From: Candidatus Allofournierella merdipullorum
Lineage (GTDB): Bacteria > Bacillota > Clostridia > Oscillospirales > Ruminococcaceae
DNA length: 64,000 nt
Assembly (NCBI GenBank): GCA_019116345.1
Contig: DXBV01000063.1
Coordinates: 17,574 to 81,573 of the forward strand
Direction: 5' to 3'
Below, one piece after another: positions 60,009 through 64,000 of the stretch (its first letter is position 1; each line of letters begins with the position of its first letter). The notes under the pieces are model-generated. The model was not told the DNA's origin and did no database searches. It saw only the letters and a list, made by a program, of their open reading frames with translations. The position numbers and the translations under genes were made by a program.

Positions 60009-61867
60009 TGGGAAATGTGTTGAGCCTTGTTTATATGGGGATATTTCTGGCGGCGGGCGCGGGCCTTGCCCGCCGGCTTGTGCCCCATTCTGACCTGCAG
60101 GAGCGGGTGGTGTTCGCCAGCGCCTTTGCCACGGCGCTGCTGGCCGGGCTGCCCGCGCTGGCGGCGCTGGTCTTTGACTTCACCCTGCCCGCGGCGCTGA
60201 CGGCGCTGGCCGCCGCGGCGGGCCTTGCGGTGTGGGGCTGGCTGCCCGCCGCGGGCACGGCCATGGGCGGAAAGCCGGAGCGGGGGTTCTGGCTGTGCCT
60301 TCTGCCGGCGCTGGCCCTCACCTTCTGGCTGCTGTTCACCCACACCCTTTATTTAAAGGACGGGGCCTACTGGTGCGGCCAGAGCACCTACGGCGACCTG
60401 CCCATGCACCTGGCCCTCATTCAGGCGCTGGCCCAGCAGGGCGACTTCCCGCCGGGCTTTTCGCTGCTGGCGGGGCAGACGGTGGCGGGCTACCACTACC
60501 TGGGCGAGAGCGTGTCCAGCGTGTTTCTGCTGCTGGGGGCGGGGCTGAAGTTCGCCTGCCTGCTGCCCCAGTTCACGGCGCTGCCGGCAGTGTTCGGCGG
60601 GGCATGGCTGCTGGCCAGGCGGCTTTTGAAAAGCGCCGGGGCGGCCAGCCTTGCCTTCTGGCTGTTCTTCTTGGGCAGCGGTTTTGGCTTTGTCTACTTC
60701 CTGGGCGGCGAAAAGGGCAACTTCTCCCGCATCTTCACCGCCTTTTACGAAACGCCCACCAACTATGTGCAGGAGAACATCCGCTGGGTGAATCCCATCG
60801 TGGACATGCTGGTGCCCCAGCGGGCCACCCTGTTCGGCTGGGCGCTGCTCTTCCCTGCTCTTGCGCTGCTGGCGGCCTTTGCGCTGGAAGGCCGGCGGGA
60901 GCTCTGGCCCGGCCTGGCATTGCTGGCCGCGCCCCTGCCCCTCACCCAGACCCACGCCGCCCTGGCGCTGGTGCTCATCTGCGGGGTGCTGTTTTTCCGT
61001 CAGCTGCTCACCGACCGCAGCCGCGCCGCCCTTGCCCCCTGGCTGGTGTTTGCGGCGGTGTGCGCGGTGTTCTGGCTGCCCCAGATGCTGGGGGAGATCC
61101 TGCCCGGCGTGCAGGGGGGCGAGCGTTTCCTGCGTCTTTCCTTCAACTGGGCCAACGAGGGCGACAACTACTTCTGGTTCTACATCAAGAACATCGGCGT
61201 GGTGTATCTGCTGCTCATCCCGGCCTTCATCGCCGCGGACAAGGCCCTGCGCTGGTTCTACGGCGGCGGGTTGGTCATTCTGCTCTTGAGCGAGTTCGTT
61301 GTGTTCCAGCCCAACAACTACGACAACAATAAGCTCCTGTTCGTCTGGCATCTGCTGGGCTGCATCCTTGTGGCGGGGCTGCTCTGCCGGCTGGTGAAAA
61401 AGCTGCCCCAAAAGGCTGCCGGCGCGGTGCTGGCAGGCATGCTGGTGTTCCTGGCCACCTTCGGCAGCGTGCTGACGGTGGGACGGGAACTGGTGAGCGA
61501 ATACCAGCAGTTCTCCGCCGACGCCATTGCCGCCGCCGACTGGGCCAAGGAGGAGACCGACCCCCACGCCCTGTTTTTGACCGGCACCCAGCACATCAAC
61601 GCGGTGGCCAGCCTGGCGGGGCGCACGGTGCTCTGCGGCAGCCCCAGCTATCTCTATTACCACGGCCTTGACTACGCCGACCAGCAGGCGGCGGCCAAAG
61701 CGATGTACGAAACGCCCAGCGCCGACCTTCTGGAGGAGTGGGGCGTGGATTACGTGGTGTTCAGCGGGTTTGAGCGCAGCGAGTTTGCCGCGGATGAAAA
61801 ATGGTATCTGCAAAACTGCACGCTGGCCTTCAGCCATGGCGACTATGCGATCTACCAGATGGAATAA
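60005..61867 (+). CDS. Large polytopic membrane protein with C-terminal soluble domain, possible GT-C-fold glycosyltransferase (uncharacterised)
   Basis: 620 aa with about 13 hydrophobic segments. The first-loop motif is YGDLPMHLALIQALAQQGDFPP. The C-terminal ~130 aa are hydrophilic. The ATG overlaps the radical SAM stop (ATGA). Confidence 0.6.
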   Translation: MMGNVLSLVYMGIFLAAGAGLARRLVPHSDLQERVVFASAFATALLAGLPALAALVFDFTLPAALTALAAAAGLAVWGWLPAAGTAMGGKPERGFWLCLLPALALTFWLLFTHTLYLKDGAYWCGQSTYGDLPMHLALIQALAQQGDFPPGFSLLAGQTVAGYHYLGESVSSVFLLLGAGLKFACLLPQFTALPAVFGGAWLLARRLLKSAGAASLAFWLFFLGSGFGFVYFLGGEKGNFSRIFTAFYETPTNYVQENIRWVNPIVDMLVPQRATLFGWALLFPALALLAAFALEGRRELWPGLALLAAPLPLTQTHAALALVLICGVLFFRQLLTDRSRAALAPWLVFAAVCAVFWLPQMLGEILPGVQGGERFLRLSFNWANEGDNYFWFYIKNIGVVYLLLIPAFIAADKALRWFYGGGLVILLLSEFVVFQPNNYDNNKLLFVWHLLGCILVAGLLCRLVKKLPQKAAGAVLAGMLVFLATFGSVLTVGRELVSEYQQFSADAIAAADWAKEETDPHALFLTGTQHINAVASLAGRTVLCGSPSYLYYHGLDYADQQAAAKAMYETPSADLLEEWGVDYVVFSGFERSEFAADEKWYLQNCTLAFSHGDYAIYQME

Positions 61868-61880
61868 ATGATAAACCGAA

Positions 61881-61916
61881 GGCCCCGCAGGGCGTTGTCC
61901 TGCGGGGCCTTTCGGT
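61881..61916 (+). terminator. Intrinsic terminator after the membrane-protein gene
   Basis: GGCCCCGCAGG (61881-61891) pairs with CCTGCGGGGCC (61899-61909). It is followed by TTTCGGTT. Confidence 0.65.
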
Positions 61917-61986
61917 TGCCGGGGCACCTCCCGTCCGGCGTCGGCATATCCTGTTTTATCAGACTTTGTGTTGGGAGGAATCCACA

Positions 61987-62472
61987 ATGGAAAAAACAGA
62001 TCGCGCCGGCAGGGCCGGCTGCAGCTGCCGCACATCCTGCCCGGAGCAATGCCCCGGCGAGAGACCGTGCACTGCCTTTGCATCCTTTTTTATTTTTGAA
62101 AAGCGCTTTGAGAACGGTGCGCCCATCCCCTGGGTGACGGGCGTGGCGGACCCGACGGGCAGCATCGTTCTGACCAACGATGAACAGATCGACCTGCTGC
62201 CGGGATACTATTATATCTCCTACAGCGTTGCCACCGTGCTGGAGGAAGCCGGTTACCTGCAGGTCACGCCCTCCGTCAACGGCACGCCCTATCTGTTCTA
62301 CGGGGCCTACTTCAAGGAGAGCGCCGGGTCTTCCAGCGCCACCGGGGCCAACACGTTCATCCTGCATCTGTCGGCGCCGGCCAGCCTGCGGCTGACCTGC
62401 AACAGCAGCGTGGCCAACCGCGCCGGCGCGGCCACTCTTTCGGTGCTGAAGCTGGCCCCGGCAGCGCTGTGA
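61987..62472 (+). CDS. Small protein with Cys-rich N-terminus and beta-rich C1q/BclA-C-terminal-like region (hypothetical)
   Basis: ATG 61987 follows GGGAGGAA (the track ORF starts at 61801). The N-terminus is GCSCRTSCPEQCPGERPC. The C-terminal region LLPGYYYISYSV...LQVTPSVNGTPYLFYG...LRLTC...ATLSVLKLA is reminiscent of TNF/C1q-like jelly rolls. Confidence 0.5.
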   Translation: MEKTDRAGRAGCSCRTSCPEQCPGERPCTAFASFFIFEKRFENGAPIPWVTGVADPTGSIVLTNDEQIDLLPGYYYISYSVATVLEEAGYLQVTPSVNGTPYLFYGAYFKESAGSSSATGANTFILHLSAPASLRLTCNSSVANRAGAATLSVLKLAPAAL

Positions 62473-62479
62473 CGTTTCG

Positions 62480-62806
62480 TTACAGCAGTTCCCGGAGCTT
62501 GTCCAGAAAAGTCTCTTCGCCCCAGGTGTTGATTTTGAAGAACAGGGCCTGGCTGCCGCCGGCGGTGATGGCGGAAAGGTGAACGGGCCCCGCTCCGCTC
62601 TGGAACAGAGTCACGCTCATGCTCAGACGGTTGCCGCCGGCGTAGCTGAACCGCTCGAACACACGCACGCTGCACCGGGCATCCCCTTCGGAAAAATCGC
62701 TGGAACCTTCCAGCGAAGCGGAAATGCTGCCCTCCAAAATGCCCTGCTCGATGCGCCCCAGCAGCGCGTCAAAATCGACGGCGAGGGTCTTTTCCAGTTT
62801 TGCCAT
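62480..62806 (-). CDS. Hypothetical protein (108 aa)
   Basis: Starts MAKLEKTLAVDFDALLGRIEQ, preceded by GGAAGGAG (the track ORF starts at 62824). I recognise no family. Confidence 0.5.
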   Translation of the reverse strand: MAKLEKTLAVDFDALLGRIEQGILEGSISASLEGSSDFSEGDARCSVRVFERFSYAGGNRLSMSVTLFQSGAGPVHLSAITAGGSQALFFKINTWGEETFLDKLRELL

Positions 62807-62848
62807 ACTCTTCGCTCCTTCCACCGTTTTGCGTTTGGTAAAAGAAAA

Positions 62849-62873
62849 CGGCCCCGGTCAAAAACCGGGGCCG
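62849..62873 (-). terminator. Intrinsic terminator of the tRNA transcription unit
   Basis: CGGCCCCGG pairs with CCGGGGCCG. On the minus strand it is followed by TTTTCTTTTACC, directly 3' of tRNA-Leu. Confidence 0.75.
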
Positions 62874-62874
62874 C

Positions 62875-62961
62875 TGGTGCGGATGAAGGGACTTGAACCC
62901 ATATGGAGTTGCCCCCACTAGAACCTGAATCTAGCGCGTCTGCCAATTCCGCCACATCCGC
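62875..62961 (-). tRNA. tRNA-Leu (anticodon CAG), type II with long variable arm, CCA encoded
   Basis: The reverse complement is GCGGATGTGGCGGAATTGGCAGACGCGCTAGATTCAGGTTCTAGTGGGGGCAACTCCATATGGGTTCAAGTCCCTTCATCCGCACCA. The acceptor is GCGGATG/CATCCGC. The anticodon stem CTAGA/TCTAG carries loop TTCAGGT. The T-loop is TTCAAGT. Confidence 0.88.
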
Positions 62962-62987
62962 ATGTGTATCGCCAGCCGAACCGCTGT

Positions 62988-63062
62988 TGGAGCAGGTGAT
63001 GGGAGTCGAACCCACGTCCTCAGCTTGGAAGGCTGATGTACTAGCCGTTGTACGACACCTGC
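62988..63062 (-). tRNA. tRNA-Gly (anticodon UCC), CCA encoded
   Basis: The reverse complement is GCAGGTGTCGTACAACGGCTAGTACATCAGCCTTCCAAGCTGAGGACGTGGGTTCGACTCCCATCACCTGCTCCA. The acceptor is GCAGGTG/CACCTGC. The D stem is GTAC/GTAC. The anticodon stem TCAGC/GCTGA carries loop CTTCCAA. The T-loop is TTCGACT and the discriminator is U. Confidence 0.92.
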
Positions 63063-63080
63063 ACATCGGCTGCGAGTTGT

Positions 63081-63109
63081 ATTATATCATAGCCCCCCGC
63101 CGAATGCAA
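63081..63109 (-). promoter_or_regulatory. Predicted promoter of the tRNA-Gly/tRNA-Leu unit
   Basis: Minus strand: TTGCAT (63109-63104), 17-nt spacer, TATAAT (63086-63081), 18 nt upstream of the tRNA-Gly 5' end. Confidence 0.6.
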
Positions 63110-63234
63110 GCACTTTTTTTCATTCCTTTGCCGGGGCGTCTCTCTCCCTTTACATTCAGCCGATCCATGCTATAATGGAACCGTTTTACAGACTTTTCAA
63201 AAGGCGCGTTCAAAGGCGCGGCGGGGTGTTTTTT

Positions 63235-63798
63235 ATGGATCTTGCGGAGCTTTTTATTCTGGCGGTGGGTCTTTCCATGGACGCCTTTGCCGTGTCCATC
63301 TGCAAAGGGCTCAGCCAGCCCAAACTGAAACCGGGCCACATGGTCGTCACCGGCCTTTACTTCGGCGGGTTTCAGGCGCTGATGCCTCTGCTGGGCTTCA
63401 TTCTGGGCGCTCAGTTCGCCCGGTTCATCAGCGGCTTTGACCACTGGGTGGTGTTCGGCCTGCTGGCCTTCATCGGCGTGGGGATGATCCGGGAGTCCCG
63501 GGAACAGGCCTGCCCGGCGGACAAGGGTTTCACCCCCAAAGAGATGCTGCCGCTGGCGGTGGCCACCAGCATCGACGCGCTGGCCGCCGGGGTGAGCCTT
63601 GCGCTGCTGGACGTAAAGATCCTCTGGGCGGTGAGCTTCATCGGCGTGACCACCTTCTGCCTTTCCGCTGTGGGCGTGTGGGTGGGCCACCGCTTCGGCG
63701 CCCGCTACAAGGGCGGCGCGGAGCTGGCGGGCGGCGTTGTGCTCATCCTCATCGGCATCAAGGTCCTTTTGGAGCATCTGGGCTTTTTGAGCCTGTGA
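63235..63798 (+). CDS. mntP: Manganese efflux pump MntP
   Basis: Starts MDLAELFILAVGLSMDAFAVSICKG. The second half repeats LPLAVATSIDALAAGVSLA (duplicated DUF204 motif). Length is 187 aa. The track ORF starts at 63175. Confidence 0.88.
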   Translation: MDLAELFILAVGLSMDAFAVSICKGLSQPKLKPGHMVVTGLYFGGFQALMPLLGFILGAQFARFISGFDHWVVFGLLAFIGVGMIRESREQACPADKGFTPKEMLPLAVATSIDALAAGVSLALLDVKILWAVSFIGVTTFCLSAVGVWVGHRFGARYKGGAELAGGVVLILIGIKVLLEHLGFLSL

Positions 63799-63823
63799 AC
63801 GAACAAGACGGGAGGCGCGAGGC

Positions 63824-64000
63824 ATGGAGTTTCGGGAATATCTTCCCTTCTGGAAGGAACTGACCGACCAGCAGCAGGCGAAGCTGGAGAGCACCGCCAC
63901 GCTGGAGCATGTAAAAAAGGGCGAGGTCATCCACAACGGCACCGCCGATTGCGTGGGCCTGCTGGTGCTGGTAAGCGGCCAGCTGCGGGGCTTCTCTTTG
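63824..64000 (+). CDS. Crp/Fnr-family transcriptional regulator (N-terminal cNMP-binding part; continues beyond window)
   Basis: ATG 63824 follows GGGAGG. MEFREYLPFWKELTDQQQAKLESTATLEHVKKGEVIHNGTADCVGLLVLVSGQLR is a typical Crp/Fnr effector-domain start. The frame is still open at the window end. Confidence 0.7.
   Translation, partial: MEFREYLPFWKELTDQQQAKLESTATLEHVKKGEVIHNGTADCVGLLVLVSGQLRGFSL

Noticed and set aside
62849-63110. A genomic island or integration hotspot at the tRNA-Leu/tRNA-Gly pair.
   Set aside because: No integrase, direct repeat of a tRNA 3' end, or compositional break is visible next to the tRNAs. The flanking genes have host-like composition.
63110-63234. A yybP-ykoY manganese riboswitch upstream of mntP.
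   Set aside because: MntP genes often carry this riboswitch. Here the leader after the putative TTTACA/TATAAT promoter is only about 60 nt. It lacks the conserved GGGGAGUAG and related four-way-junction elements I know.
1-64000. A window-wide search for CRISPR arrays, rRNA, transposases or IS elements, toxin-antitoxin pairs and known defence operons.
   Set aside because: I found no regularly spaced direct repeats, no rRNA-like conserved stretches, and no DDE, serine or tyrosine recombinase motifs. I found no restriction, Cas, Abi-kinase or similar signatures among the credible ORFs. The CPBP/Abi-like protease is in a housekeeping operon.

Overview
The window looks like a high-GC Firmicutes/Clostridia-type chromosome. 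I infer this from an exact CIRCE operator, a T-box leader, a class-3 FBPase, a BMP-type nucleoside ABC system and strong Shine-Dalgarno (SD) sites; no taxon can be assigned from the sequence alone. About 1-32.1 kb is a mosaic cell-surface polysaccharide locus. It holds a WbpB/WbpA-like sugar-nucleotide pair at the left edge and a minus-strand operon (13428 down to 5148) with an initiating phosphotransferase, four glycosyltransferases, a long-form UDP-galactopyranose-mutase-like flavoenzyme and a Wzx flippase. It also holds two paralogous GT-C-like membrane proteins flanking a Wzy-like gene (16.2-20.6 kb). A plus-strand operon (22.4-32.1 kb) runs fnlA-fnlB-GT10-fnlC-wbuB-like, then a GacI/GacJ-like lipid-sugar synthase pair and an MBOAT/DltD-like O-acyltransferase pair. 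The locus is interrupted by a MATE pump, a CofE-like ligase, pepT and the most unusual gene in the window: an EF-G/Tet(M)-type translational GTPase fused in frame to a YacP/Rae1-type NYN ribonuclease domain (13535-16117). About 32.1-64 kb is mostly housekeeping:
- a T-box-controlled leuACDB operon, a lipoprotein and trxA;
- a large beta-helix surface protein, a GNAT, an AI-2E transporter and a signal-peptide-less GH25 muramidase;
- an overlapping hdeD-CPBP-tadA-SDR chain and CIRCE-controlled htpG;
- a small XRE/membrane-protein cassette with a duplicated operator palindrome, and a low-GC GNAT islet;
- a BMP nucleoside ABC operon with cdd and deoD, and a class-3 FBPase;
- a PflX-like radical SAM gene translationally coupled to a 620-aa membrane protein;
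- a Cys-rich C1q/BclA-like small protein, tRNA-Leu(CAG) and tRNA-Gly(UCC), mntP and a partial Crp/Fnr gene.
I saw no rRNA, CRISPR array, transposase, integrase or prophage block. Many long ORFs in the track are antisense artefacts of the high GC content and were not called. All family assignments come from motifs I recognise by eye, not from database searches.
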